A DNA stretch of 64,000 nt, from contig CT868663.1 in assembly GCA_000165425.1 (NCBI GenBank), forward strand, positions 62,001 to 126,000, read 5' to 3'. Numbering within the stretch: the first letter of the stretch is position 1; every line of letters begins with the position of its first letter. The notes under the pieces were generated by a model that was not told the origin of the DNA, searched no databases, and was given only the letters and a program-made list of their open reading frames with translations. The DNA comes from Paramecium tetraurelia (taxonomy: Eukaryota). The position numbers and the translations under genes were made by a program. Shown piece by piece: positions 26,930-44,721 of the stretch.

Positions 26930-27488
26930 TTTCTCTTCTTTTACTTTATTTAAAATATACTTTATAATAATTAAATAATCTGATTAATTGGAAATATCTT
27001 AAGCATATTCTTGAAAAAATTAAGGTTTTTTCTAAATTAGAAGGGACAATAAAACAGACAATGAGAATTGTTTTAATAATTAGGAACTTTATACTTATGG
27101 AGTATTGTTATCAGAATTATAAAATTTATTATAAAATCTAATTCTTCCTAAAAAAGACAGTGGTATTATTGATTAATAAACAAAATTTATATTAACAAAA
27201 ATCTTTAGAAAATCCTATATTAATGGTTTCCGTTAAAATAGATTATGGAATTCAGTATTTTTGAAATTTAAATAAATGATTTATCAACCTTATTCTCTTT
27301 GTTTGAATTTAAGTAGATTTTGGAATGAACTCATACATTGGCAAATAGAGAGTGGGTTTGAAAAAAAATAGTATAAAAACAGAAATAATTACTTAATAGT
27401 CAGATTTTGATAATAGAATTTGTATATCTAATACTCAAAAACAACTATAGAAATCACAATCAAAGTGAATACTAATAATTATATACTA

Positions 27489-28310
27489 TCATATTGGTTT
27501 CCTACAAACAGGACAATCAGGACTTTTCTTATTCCAACCATCAATACAATTTCCGTGAAAAGAATGAGAACATTTTAATGATTTTTTATCTTTCCCCAAT
27601 TCTTCCATGCAAATGGAGCATTCTTCTTTTTTATCCAAGTTTTAGAATTAATATTCTATGTATGGAATACAATCAACAAGGTGTTCATCCAAAAAGTTTC
27701 TCACTATGGGTTCATGACAATATGGACAATTGATTAGTCCATATTCATCATTACATTAATGATCTGCATTTTTAGGTTAAAAACACTAGCTGCAAACTTC
27801 TAATGTATGGCTTTTCTTAAACTATTATTATTATTAGATTTCTAAAATTTTTATTTTAGGAAGTATAGCTTAGGAAGTAATCGAATTATTGGATTGATAT
27901 TGAGGTGGAGGTAGAGGAAATATTGTTTGAGAAAAGTTCGTCTATTTTTTAACGTTATTGCCATTTTGTTGTGTAGTATTAGAGATGATATTGATATTTT
28001 AATACTTTGGTACATTTTTTTCTTAGTTTTGTTCATTATTTGATCCCTTTTATAGGTGTGCCCTTTTGAAAAAATTGATCTAGGCTTACTTTGCTTTGTT
28101 TGGAAACAAGTTTTGATATTGAATACTTTAAATTATATTGAATATATTACAGGCCGTCTTAAGTTGAGTTATTCGTGAGTGTATGACTTCTTTGTGTCCT
28201 TGAGCCTATATTTTCTATGTTTTGGTTAGGGATAACTATGATGTTAAAGTAAGTTAGTTACATTGTGGAAATTTAGGTTTATCATCGTCGTTGTAGTTTA
28301 AAGGATTCAT
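27489..28310 (-). CDS. RING-H2 protein with upstream UBZ-like zinc finger
   Basis: CPYCHEPIVRNFLDEHLVDC then CSICMEEL...LKCSHSFHGNCIDGWNKKSPDCPVCR*; intronless, 273 aa. Confidence 0.88.
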
Positions 28311-28327
28311 TATAAATTATAAATAAA

Positions 28328-29833
28328 ATGATTTTAATCAATAATATTAATGATGTTTTAGATTGCTACTAAATCATGTAAACTTAGAAATGCAAACTCT
28401 AATATGTAAATCCGTAAATTTAAAATATCTAATGCAGAATGATTATGTGCAAAGCGAATTCTGTAGTGTTTTAATAAGGCGAAGTTGGGAAAAATTTATA
28501 TCACGTTTTATGTGGCTAACTGACTTGTCTTTTCAAAGAGGAAGATTGCACACCATCAAAATAAAAGTTCATGAGATTACAATCGAATGATATTTTTGTC
28601 CAATAGGTTCTATAATTGGTACCGAATATCACTATATTGAGTAAATAATATTTCCAATCCAATCAAAACATTCCTTTTGCACAAATATACCCAGGAGACA
28701 CTTTTGGGGAAGCAAAAGGCAAGCGTTCCTACACTGTAATTGCTGAGAAGGACAGTATTATGATAGAGTTGTAATTTGATGAAAAGTATTGGAGAAGCTT
28801 TGAAACTCGACATTCATTTCTAGAAAAGTTGAACGTAGCCAGCGATTTACAATTACTAAGTGTATGTCTGAAAGAGAAACAATTTAAATATGGAGATTAT
28901 ATATTTAAACAAGAAGATCAAAGAAAGTGGATTTACATGATTATTTCAGGGGAAGTCAATTTTATCAACAATAACACAAATATTTATAATTTGGGAGCAC
29001 TCCAAATATTTGGATTTGAAGAATTCTTGAGAGACTCTCTAAGAAAATACACAGTCAAATGTATTTCAGCTTAATTTTGTTGTTATGTAGTTGATAGTTT
29101 AAACTATTTTAATATAATGCAATTAGAGAAACTAGCAAAGGCAAGAAACCTTATGATTTAATAAATTCTAAGGTAGAAAAAATAAGTGTCAATAACCAAT
29201 AGATAAACTTAAATGCCTTAGGTTTCTAAAGGGAGTGTGTCCTAGCAATAACAATTAAACAATTCTGAAGAAAAGAATAGTTTTTACAATTTATATTGGT
29301 CAAAGGATTTGTCTGAATTGCCGAGATGGAATTTGGAATAACTGACTAGAGATGCAGGAGCATCGCCAGGGTAGGGGATAATCAAATCGAAACAATATAA
29401 AACACCTATTCTTGATTAATCGTAGGATGGTAGTTTATTGAATTCGAGAAGAAATTCAATAAAGCCATGTTCAGTTTTTGATGTTAATCCTGTTCAAAAT
29501 GGAAAATTGATTAGAAGTTATATCAAAAGGATGAGAGCTGAAAAGTATTCTGAATATCACGCCTGTTTAAAGGGAAATTGGGATTTATTTAACGTGTCAA
29601 AGGTGTCTCAACAATACTCAGCTCCCAAGAAACAATAAACTTCAGTTCCGAATACTTAGAGTTACTCTAAGAGACAATAAGCACTTAAATCGAATCTGAC
29701 TTAAATGAACTCAATCTATGTAGAAGATTTCTCCAATTCTCCTGTAAAAATCATCTCAGATTAGCAAAAACTCAAAAATGATAAGTAGAGTAAAGAAATG
29801 TCAACGATGACTATTCATCCATTCAAAATTTGA
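28328..29833 (+). CDS. Tandem cyclic-nucleotide-binding-domain protein (501 aa)
   Basis: VFQQGEVGKNLYHVLCG...GDTFGE...RSYTVIA; second domain IFKQEDQRKWIYMIISG...FGFEE...RKYTVKC. Confidence 0.85.
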
Positions 29834-29868
29834 TTTCTCTTTATTATTATATTAATTACCAACTTGTT

Positions 29869-30726
29869 ATGAAATTATAAAAATTTGAATTTCTTCTAAA
29901 AAAACTTGATTATCCTTATAGCGAGGAATTACTGCTAAATACTGAGTAGAGATTAAATTACATAGAGCATTTAATGAAATTGCATTCGGAAACCTTATTC
30001 TAATACTTTCAAATTGATCATAGTGATTTAGCAAGCAGAATAAAATCAATAAAATGTTAATTACTAACCACAGGCATTTGGGGTTAATCCAAACATGGAA
30101 AGAATGTTGATCTTAATAAATTGATTTAAGGAATCTGTTCATTTGATTCCTCCTTATCCTTTATTTATAAATTGACGAAATGCATTTACAATAATTCACT
30201 AAATTAAGAAACTAATATAGCCATACTCAGAGACTGCCTCTAATTACCATATTAATTAATAAACACTACCTACGATCCCTTTGTCTAGACTTTACCAAAG
30301 GAAGATGAGTTTGTCGATGCTGAGAGATTTCAATAAGTGGAAAGCGACATTAATGATATTTTAGACCTCTAAGAACAGGACTTGACGAAAATAAATGAAC
30401 GATTGGGTGAGGAGGATCAACCAAAAGAGCTAGGTAACATAAATGAAAAAATGAAATAAAATTATATCAATAAAATGAAGAAAGTGAATTAAATGATTGA
30501 TTAACTGAAAGAGAAGAAACAAGTATTAGAATAGATTTAGTAACAAAATGAAGTGAATGATGATCCTAGATATACCTTAGTGTTCCCAACTGAATATATC
30601 AATGTTTTATAGGACTACAATTAGTTACAAAGGAATGTGAAGTAGAGTGAGGCAATTCCTGATCTAAAATAAGTTAAGGAGTAGACAAAAAACTTAATTG
30701 ATTAAGAATTTTATTTTATTTAATGA
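29869..30726 (+). CDS. 285-aa protein resembling augmin subunit HAUS7/AUG7
   Basis: Intronless frame MKLQKFEFLLKKLDYPYSEELLLNTEQRLNYIEHL...; C-terminal coiled coil. The CDS is solid; the family call is inference. Confidence 0.7.
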
Positions 30727-30797
30727 AATTATTGAGATGTTCCTTATAGATGAGACAATCAAAATAAAATATTAAATATAAAGTAAATCTTTCATCA

Positions 30798-31896
30798 TCA
30801 ATCACAATTATAATTGGCCAATACGTAGACAAGACATTTAAAGAATTCAGGAATAGTGTTTTAATATATTTCTAAGAAGGTCGTTTCAGTGACAACATTC
30901 TTATCCTAATTAGATTTTCGAGCATATAATTCAGACAAGCGTCTCGCCTTTTCTTTCATCATGGTAATGACAACTTGTTTTTGAGGTTTCTGTTTGCCCT
31001 TCTTTTTCGTTGAAATTTTGGGACTGAGCTCAAATGGATTTCTGATAGCCTGAAATCGTAAATATTTAAAGATGATGTCAGCATCTTTCTGTGCTGCACC
31101 TCCTGATTTAAATAGCTCAAACAGATCTCTCGTATTTAAATAGGTTTTAGACATCAAGTCATAACAACAAAATACTAGTTAGATTATCTCTATTATCTTG
31201 AATATTTATTACATTGCTGACTCATCTCTCTGATCTAAAGCAAGAAAGATCGATAGACTGCTTAAGTAATTGAATAAGGCAACTACATCAAGTTGATTAA
31301 TCTTTGAATGCTGGCCTAACAACCTAATGATTTGGTTAGGTATTTGACTAACTAAGTATTGATAGAGGGCATACTTATGGTTTAGTGATTTCTTGGTAGA
31401 TGCTGGAATTGGACAGCTGTTTGAATATCTCTTGGGTGTACGGACTGTCTGGATCCAAGGAGAGATAGCCAACTTTCATTGCTTTCAACCGATTCGAAAA
31501 GGATCGATATTTATTATAAGTGTTTTTTCGTGTAGTCATTCCTGACGAATCATGCTAACTATTGCACATCGAATATTTTTTAATTGGCTGTTGATCCAAG
31601 AGGGATATCTTGGGCAGTTCATAACAATCGGAACAATCAGACATCACTTCCTTTTTTTCTTTATTTTTAATTAGGAATTTAGGATTGTATTCCAATTCTG
31701 TTTGGTAGGACAATTCCACATCATATTTGTTGAGTGAGTTGGACTCATTGAATTGGAAGTGATTGTCCTTGGTCTTCACACGAGACATCATCATGCTTGA
31801 ATTCAGTTAGGATCTGTCTGCTCTACTGGATCTCCCTGTGAGAATCGTGATTTTCTCTTCTATGCATCTCTTGAATATATTTGATATATCGTACAT
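30798..31896 (-). CDS. Hypothetical protein with degenerate EF-hand-like region
   Basis: Two 23-nt introns give 350 aa; LVFCCYDLMSKTYLNTRDLFELF resembles an EF-hand helix-loop-helix. Confidence 0.75.
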
Positions 31897-31924
31897 ACTT
31901 TAATTATAAATATTTATTCACTCG

Positions 31925-32988
31925 ATGGACAGAAAAGTCAGGAAACGAGCCTCCAGTGTCAACTCCACCAATCCTGCCATGAAGTTACTTGAGAAAAGAA
32001 GGCTGATGTTTGAAGTTCATGAAGCCTATGAGAATTAACTCTTCTAATTTAAATAACAAGGTATGATATCTCCCCTTATTCATTAGAGGAGGACTTCAAA
32101 CTTAAGGAAAATGAAATTAAATAAAAAGACGAAGAAATTCAAACGGAATTGCTTAAGTTTTGTAAAGAATTGCAAGTCAATGAAACCAAAAAGAAAAAAG
32201 CCATTAGCTTATACTAGAGTGAAAGAACAGAGAAAGATAAAAAAATTAAGGAAATTGCCAAATTATAACATGACTTGAGTCAAGATCAATAGATATTCGA
32301 AAATGTGGAAAGAAAGGGTACAATAATTCAAATTTATAAGAATAGCTGAGAGACTTAAAAAATATGTAGAATATTTAAATAGTATTATTAAAGCCTATCC
32401 TGATAAATATTCTGATCTCGATTCAATAACTGATAGATATAAAAGACTTGTGATATCACATTAAATTTTAAAATAAGAACATGAAAAAATGGAAACTGAT
32501 TGTGAAAAAATGAAGTTCACTTTCACGCAATATGAAAAGGAGAAAAATCACGAAGTCTTACAATTGAATAATGACATCAAAGAATATCAAAAATTAATAG
32601 AAGAAAAAATGATTGAGAGAAATTCATTATTAACTGAGAAGGAAGAAGAAGAAAATAGAATCACAGAGGAGAATTTGAATCTAGGTAGAATATTCATGGC
32701 CATTGATAATATAAACCAAAGATGTTTGGATGGATATCAAAAGATTAAATAAGATTATGAAGATTAAAATAAAGAAAAGGATAAAGCAATGAAATAAGTA
32801 AGGGAGGAAAAGAAACCAATTAAATAACCGTAAGATGAGGAGAACTTTGATGTCAAATGTAAATTATGCATTAATAGGCTTTAGGTCAATAAGCCTCAAT
32901 TAAATTAAAATAGATAGTCTAAAATTTAAATGATTTTAAAAAGATCATTGAAGGTTGTAAAAACGAAATCAAAAATAAACAAAAATGA
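31925..32988 (+). CDS. Ciliary coiled-coil protein, CCDC42/CFAP73 (DUF4200) family
   Basis: PAMKLLEKRRLMFEVHEA, ELLKFCKELQVNETKKKKA, LGRIFMAIDNI; three introns. Confidence 0.85.
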
Positions 32989-33047
32989 TTATTTAATTCA
33001 TATTATGATCCTTCTAGATTGTAGCGAATTCAATCTAATAATAATTT

Positions 33048-33859
33048 ATGTTCAAATTTAGGAATTTATATTCACTATCTGTGAGTTCTTAAAAAAAAAC
33101 CAAAAGATGGTATATGGAACACATTAACGATTTCTACGTTAAGGAATCTAAAAGAGTATTTGCAACTATTAAAATAGTTATAATTAAGAAGCAGGGCTGC
33201 CTTTAAACTGATGCAGATCAATGAGAAATATGCAATCTATAAACCCAATTAATATGTTTTAGATTTGGGAGCAGCTCCTGGTAGTTGGTCTTAAGTGGTG
33301 TCTGAAAAAGGCAAAGTGATGGCAATAGATCTATTGGAAGTGTCACCCATATAAAATGTTAAATTTATTTAAGGAGATATCATGGACAAACAAATAATGA
33401 ATTAAATTAGACAGCATAAATTTGATGTTGTGCTTTCAGATATGGCACCCAATGTTTCTGGAGAACATGAAGCAGATCATTAAGGAATAACTGCATTAAA
33501 TTAAACAGCATTGCTTTGTAAATGAATTTTTTGATTAATCAAAGTGAGCACTTTTACATTAAAAACTAATGGTAACTTAGTAATGAAAACCTTTGTTGGT
33601 AGTGAGGAGAAACTTAATTATGTAATATATCCAGTAGTATTTTCAATAGGACTTTTTTAGATTATTTTTCAAAGAATTTTATAGAGAAAAGCCTTTAAGT
33701 TCTAAGTAGGAATCAAGTGAACTATTTTATGTTGGCAAAGGATTTTCATCAGATTTAATAAGGGAAATATTAGAAAACACTGAAAAATTATATAAATACC
33801 CAGAGTAAATACAGAATAGATTGAAAAATTTGGTAATTGATTATAAAATGTTTGAATGA
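33048..33859 (+). CDS. MRM2: FtsJ/RrmJ rRNA 2'-O-methyltransferase, probably mitochondrial
   Basis: RSRAAFKLMQINEKY, VLDLGAAPGSWSQV, VLSDMAPN, KPLSSKQESSELF; introns of 22, 27 and 28 nt give 244 aa. Confidence 0.9.
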
Positions 33860-33868
33860 AATAAACAA

Positions 33869-36800
33869 TCATTATTCTATACTCTTTAGTAAAGCTTAAA
33901 TTTTCTCATTATTCTAAATCTAATTAATAAAGGCTTTATCATCGTTTGTCAATTAATCCTCGCTTTTCGTCATCAAATCGAGGAATCGTTATCTGACTGC
34001 TTTTAGTTTGTCTGTTTTAGTAACAGTCCTTTAATGAGATATAATGTCTTCTACTAAAACTTTCTTTCTCATCGCCCAATCTCTATCGTCTTCAATGTAA
34101 AGCATTTCTTTTTATAATTTGAAATGATTTTTAATCTATTATTTATTGAATTGATTCGACTTTCTCATCGATGCTTCATATAAATAATTGCTGATAGATT
34201 AATTAAATGGTGGATCGATGGAATGCGGATCGCTGCTTTCTGACCAGATCTAGTTTAAGTGATTTAGAATTTTTAAGGATTTAGACAACTAATTTTCTGG
34301 CAATGAAATTGTATTAGCAAAAGTAACATAAGTTATTTCAATGGTTTTTGACCAAGTTGATATTATTCTTATAGGAATCATTGAATTTAATGCGAAACTC
34401 TAATAATTAATGAAAGAATTACCAATGTTACGGGTTCAAACTTCTCTTGGTGATTTAATAGAGAATTAGTACCACATTACATTATTATCCGATCATTTGT
34501 AATAATGCTAGAACTAGTCCTTCCTGCAGAAACCCACAATGCTGAAATATTCAATGGTTTTGGCAAAATCTATTGTAATGAATATTAAATTACCTCATTT
34601 TTCAATTCAGAATTACCAAGTTGACCTCGCTCACCCCATCCCCAAGTGTAAATTTTACTTCTGGTCTTTGCAATAACATGCTTAAAACCACAACAAACCT
34701 ACAAAACCTTTTCCACGTTGATCAAACAAGGCTCATGTCTATATCTACGATCGCCCAATCCTAATTCTCCCTCATAATTTTCTCCCCATGAATACAATTG
34801 CCCACTTTCACATAATGTAACAACAAATTGATTTCCACATGATATCATTTTAGCTTTCTATTTGATTGGTATATGAACATTTAGATTAGATAATGAAAAC
34901 ACTTTGTTATCACTTATAATATATTTCTTGGATGACATTGAGCATTCTTTATTAACATAATGTGGTTTGTATTTTATCTGTTTATATTAATCGCCATATT
35001 ACAGTAAAGAACCATCTGCAGTAGTTACTAAAATGAATTGATCACTACAACTAATGGACTTGATTCGAATGAAATCTGGAAATATGTTCTTCTCCACAGT
35101 TTCAAAAGTATCTTTATTTAAAATCAATTGTCCACTACCAAATTCAAAAATAGCAGTTCCACCCAAAGTGACACATAAAGTACTCTCTTCAGTAGTGAAG
35201 TATGTTTAAATTGGATGATCCTTTCTAAATTATTGAATAATAATATTTAGCAATGTTCTTGAATAGGAATAATTTGGATTGTAACACTAATAGATATCAG
35301 AAAGTATATCAATATCAATAGGCACAGAAAATAATGCAATCTTTGGTAATCTTGGTCTCCATTGTATGAGACATGTCTCTAATAACGGTTGAATATCCTC
35401 ATTCTCAATGTTTTCATTAGTTAAATTCCATAAATTGGAAGCGTCATGCTTTTACTGCTAAACATTTTTTTCCCAAGGCAACACAAAAGATTCATAATTC
35501 TTTTTATAGGCCATTTACTTCTAAAGATAGATTCTGGCAAACTTTTAAACACTTCTTGCAGCTGCTCTCATTCTTTGAAACATTGTTGAGAGCAATTTCA
35601 TTCTGAAATAACCTTGGATTAAATAAGCAGCATCATGAGCTCTTCTAAATTGGCTTCTAGCTATGAATCTTCTGATTGCTGCTTACACTTTTATAACTGA
35701 ACCTTCCATTTTAATTTTTCTCCCTGCATTCTTTATTTGATGAACTTACTTCTTATTTTTTTTTCTAACTTAGTTTCCCCTAAAATTAGATTATATCATA
35801 ACAGCCTTCTTGATCAAGATCATTTACCAAGCATCATCTATGATTTTTTAAAATACATTTTTGATTTCCCTCACTTTCCTCTCTTGCTTTGATTGTACTA
35901 CATATCTACCAAATTTCTGTATTTTACTAATAGCTAATTTCTTTCTTGCTACTTCTCTAAGTACATTATATCTTTCAAAATACAACTTCAAATGTAATGC
36001 TGATTTCTCATATTTTTATCTTAATCTTCTCTCATGCAATTTCTTATACCAAGCTTATATGATTGAAGCTGCTTTTACTCTTTTTCTGACTAATACCTTA
36101 AAACGAATTCTTTATGCTAAAGTGCGAAGTGTCAAAGCAATTCTCATCATCTTTTTGAGATGCTGATTCATCTTATAGATTTTATATGATCTTTACAACT
36201 TAGCTGCTCTTTAATGTTTGAGAGTCACAATTTTATTATATGAATCTTCTATCATTTGTAATCCTGTATTACGAATGAAGATCTTTGTCCTTCCAAACAA
36301 TACTTACTTTGAATCAATATGAGGCATGTGTTGTTTAAACATATCTACGACCAATTGTCTAAAATTAATATCTGGCTTTTTTATCAATTTACCATAAATT
36401 TCGTTTCTTGTCATGTCAGCATATCTTTTATAAAAAAATTAATATGGCCTCCGAATACTGTAAGATTCTTTCCGAACCTTTAAGGAATCTAAAACACCTA
36501 GATATCTAATTTATTTAAGGGTCATTTCAGAAAATACTTAATTAGGCAACTTGCTTTCATTTGGTTTTATACACCTTATGAAATGAACATCACATTAGTG
36601 CAATTCAGTCATCAATTCAATCATCTCTTTCTTTATCTTCTATGATATAAACTTTTCTTTCATTCCCTCCATTATATACAACTATTTTAATAGAGGATTC
36701 TAAGTTTGACTAATCATTGAAATAGTTTAAGCACTCATTTCATCTTTGTTTTTTTCTCTAAATCCTGTTACTGTATAACATACATCCTTTGCTGTATGCA

Positions 36801-38487
36801 CTAATATAAATGCAGGATCACTTGGCATCTTAGGTGTTTTTACTAATGGATTTGATTTATGGACAGTTCTTATTTTTTATAGAAACCCATCATCAGATGA
36901 TTTCACAGAACAAGATTCATCTAAAATACTGAATATTCCTCCAGGTTATTTATCAATCAATTCAATTACTTAAGTATTATCCTAAAACTCCAATTATCCC
37001 AAGTGGTCCTTTAGACCTTCCTCTATGAAGATCTTCTCCTCTTCCTTAAATACATATTGAATATAAAGTTAATGTAACTTTTCATTTGTATAATTGATCA
37101 TGATCTATTCGAACCCATTTTTATCAAAAACTTCAAACCCATAAATATCAAGCAATCCCACAGATGTCTTTGACTCAACTTTAGGTTTTAAGACTTTATT
37201 TAATTGAATAACTAACCAATTAAATAATCTATCATAAATGTCCTTTGCCAATGAATCTCTAGTGAATTAACATTCATCAAGTGTCAATGGAGACAAGATG
37301 GTCTGTTTATTGATTACTCTTGATTTAAGAGTCAAAGCCTAAGATAGTTGTTAATTAGACAACTCGAGTAATCGTTCTGCTAAGCTCTCAGTGACTGAAG
37401 CTGGCTAAGTGTCTGTAAGAGTGCTTGCGTTAAATTCAAGATTTCCAAGATGTAACACTGCAAGTACTGTTTAGACGATGTTTTCAAAATCAGCCTGCAT
37501 TCCTAAGATGGAAAAGCTTTCTTATATTTCCTTGAACATTTCAGCGTCGTCAACATTTGGGATTGTATATGTTTTTGAGGAATTGAGATAATTGAATTCT
37601 TCCATCTTCATAGTTACTCCAAATTTATTCAATAATTCTTCTGGTAATCCTTGTAAAAAGAAATAAAAAATATGAAAATTTCTTTCATTTTTACCTTATT
37701 GATTAATTCTTGACTTCTCCATCAAATAATTGATAATTTCTGCCCCCTTAATTTATTTGCTTTTACTGTCAACAATGATTCTAACGTACTTTCCGAATCT
37801 TGATGAATTGTTATTCCTCACAGTCTTTGCATTACCAAATGCTTCTAAAATGGGATTGCATCCTAGAATTTAATCTTCTATCTTATCTTTTGATGAGCCA
37901 TCTGACGCAATAGAAGTTAGCAAATTCATAGAAAACTTGGCATTCTCAGTTTTACCAGCACCACTTTCTCCAGATATAACAATTGCTTAATTCTTTTCAT
38001 TCTCAAATAATTGTCTATAGGCCTGTGCTGCAATTGCATAAACATGAGGAGGTAGATCTTTAATAAGCCGATTCTTTTTAACGATATCATCTATATATTA
38101 ATTTCTAATATCTGCACTCATTAGACCTTGAATCGATTTGAATGGATTTATGACTAACAATGTAGGACCCACATAGGTGAAAATTATATCCTTCCCAAAT
38201 CTATAAATTAAATTATTTAGTAATTCTGCATCATTAAGAATTTCCATATTTACCATGTCATCAAAGCCTTTGTTTCCTAATATGGTTGGATCTGCTCTTT
38301 CTAGCACTTGTGTTGGTTTGCATTATATCTACCCGCCAGATTCCAACTTAATCGTGATTATTTTGCCATCCGAACTTATTACGAGAGCTGGTGAAAACAT
38401 AGGATCCTTATTGTCGAGATCTTGCCAGCACAAGGCATTGGGGACTACCCACGATAAATCCACTTATGGTTAGGATTTTTTTGCCAT
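33869..38487 (-). CDS. Unconventional myosin with IQ motifs and RCC1-repeat tail (1523 aa)
   Basis: [47 protein letters not shown] motifs such as IQSNFRGNQVR; RCC1 [15 protein letters not shown] and [12 protein letters not shown]; introns 34570-34593 and 34400-34422. Confidence 0.95.
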
Positions 38488-38504
38488 ATATTTAATTATA
38501 TTTA

Positions 38505-39927
<1,423 letters not shown>

Positions 39928-40153
39928 TCTCTTTATAATATTAATTTTTTATTTTTTGATACAATACTTATTTAAACCATGCATTAATATAACATAATTT
40001 TACTATAAATGCCATAAATTTAAACACTCCTACAGTCATACTGCATTAGTCTTCATAGATTTACACGTTCACTTGAATAAATGAATTGTATGAGTGTAAT
40101 TATAGATGGAAATATATATTATTTTTTCATTTAACAACCTAATATTTTCAAAC

Positions 40154-41607
<1,454 letters not shown>

Positions 41608-41661
41608 TGATATTAATATACTGCATAATACAAACTTAATACAATTCACAAACATTTTTAT

Positions 41662-43188
41662 TCATACAAATTGAATGGATCTTTCTACAACCGAGAATAT
41701 CTTCTATCCATACTCAGAAGTATTGATTTATTATAGTAATTCAGGATGTCTCTTCATTATCCCAAGAACTGGAAGGATACATTGCTAATCTAACTATAAG
41801 TATTTTTTGAAGACATAATTCCCAAAAGGATGAGTAGCAAAAGCAACAAACAAATAACTACAAAGTTAAACCACATTTTTACTTGCTCTCCTGATCTGCA
41901 GTCAACATAATATTGGTAACAAACTTTATGTCTTCCTATTCGATGACTTCGAGGAAAACTTCAACGACGTTGCTCCCGTATTTGTTGTAAGATAGTGTTT
42001 GGAAGTTACTCTTAATAATCCTGAACAGTTCCATTTTCTGCTATTTAAAATTACTCTTCAATATGAACTAGATTATGTAGTTACCAAACTCACATATACA
42101 GAGCTATTATGACACATCCATAATTTAATCCAATAATGATTAATTGTGTTGCTTCTACAGCATAAATTATATAATCCGGCATCCATATGTGTGTTAAGAC
42201 ATCGAATACACTGATTACTCTATGTGTTTCTTCATGTACTCACAGAGTTTGTAGTCAAAATTCTCCAAACAACTCAACAATACAAAACAACCATTGTTGT
42301 CATTTATTAGCTGACGGACTTAGTATTTTATCTCATCCATAAATTCGGTTTAAAAATGATAGTCTTCATCTTTTAAAAATTCTATCATTCTATTGATCAC
42401 TCTTGAAGCATATTGATTCTTCGATAATTCAACAAAATGACCTTTCAATTGATAAAATAAACTGAACTTCCACTATTTTTCACCTAAATCAATTATTTTG
42501 TTACAATACCTGACAAATACACTTTTTAAACCAAATAATTTCCAAATAAATCTTTTGATGTCTTAATTAAATTTTTTTCAATCGTCTCGAAGATCATTCC
42601 TCTTTATAATGGAGTACCATTGTCGAAAATCTTTTGAAGGTTTCTTGACGCATTCTAATTCCCACATATTTATTCCTAACATATATTTACATGAGTTACC
42701 AGACTCACTCTAAATTGATAATCATCCTGCCTCAATTATAGCTGAACTTAATTATCTTCTTACAGAGTAGGATGGCTATTAAATGTCAAAAAGAAGGTTT
42801 AAACTTCCGTTATAGGTTGCATAGTTTAGTGTTTTTTAGGGGAAAATTATAGTTACTTCAAATCATGATGAATTTTTATAGAGGGTTTCTTCTCTTTTTG
42901 TCTTTCGTTAATTCTAACATGTAAAATTAGAATATGTACATATAAGGTTAAGAGTTTGTAGAATTGTAAGTCATAGTGTCATTCCCATAATTTTCTCCAA
43001 GAATTTCAATTTATTCAATGGAATTAATCAAAGTAGGTTAAAACTCTTTGGCGTTCAGTGATAATTTACTCTTTTTTCGAGGCTATTTCCTTTCGTACAT
43101 TTACACTTCGCTTTCATCTAACACACTATCATTATATTCACATACCACTTAGTATTGAACCAATTAATTATTTTTCTTCGGGATCCAT
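41662..43188 (-). CDS. Pumilio/PUF RNA-binding protein
   Basis: Eight repeats: ASRNLQK, FGNYLVQK, YASRVIN, NGCFVLL, YGCRIIQ, FGNYIIQ, YGSNVVE, FGNYVFK. Confidence 0.92.
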
Positions 43189-43268
43189 ATTTAGATGTTG
43201 TTTTTAAAAATACAAAATAAGAATATTTGTTCCCTTTTATAATATTTAATTTAATATATAATTAGACA

Positions 43269-44681
<1,413 letters not shown>

Positions 44682-44721
44682 TTAATTGAATTGAATTCGA
44701 AGAATAAATATATTTACATAA

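Noticed and set aside
26960..27480. Long open plus-strand frames between the membrane-protein and RING genes
   Set aside because: More than one frame is open, with no convincing start or motif, so no call can be supported.
18457..28310. Cluster of ubiquitin-proteasome genes (two RING-H2, RBX1, RPN3) as a functional locus
   Set aside because: RING genes are very numerous in ciliates, and these are interspersed with unrelated genes on both strands.
35780..35802. Apparent 23-nt GT..AG intron in the myosin neck
   Set aside because: Removing it breaks the frame, and unspliced it encodes the IQ motif VMIQSNFRG.
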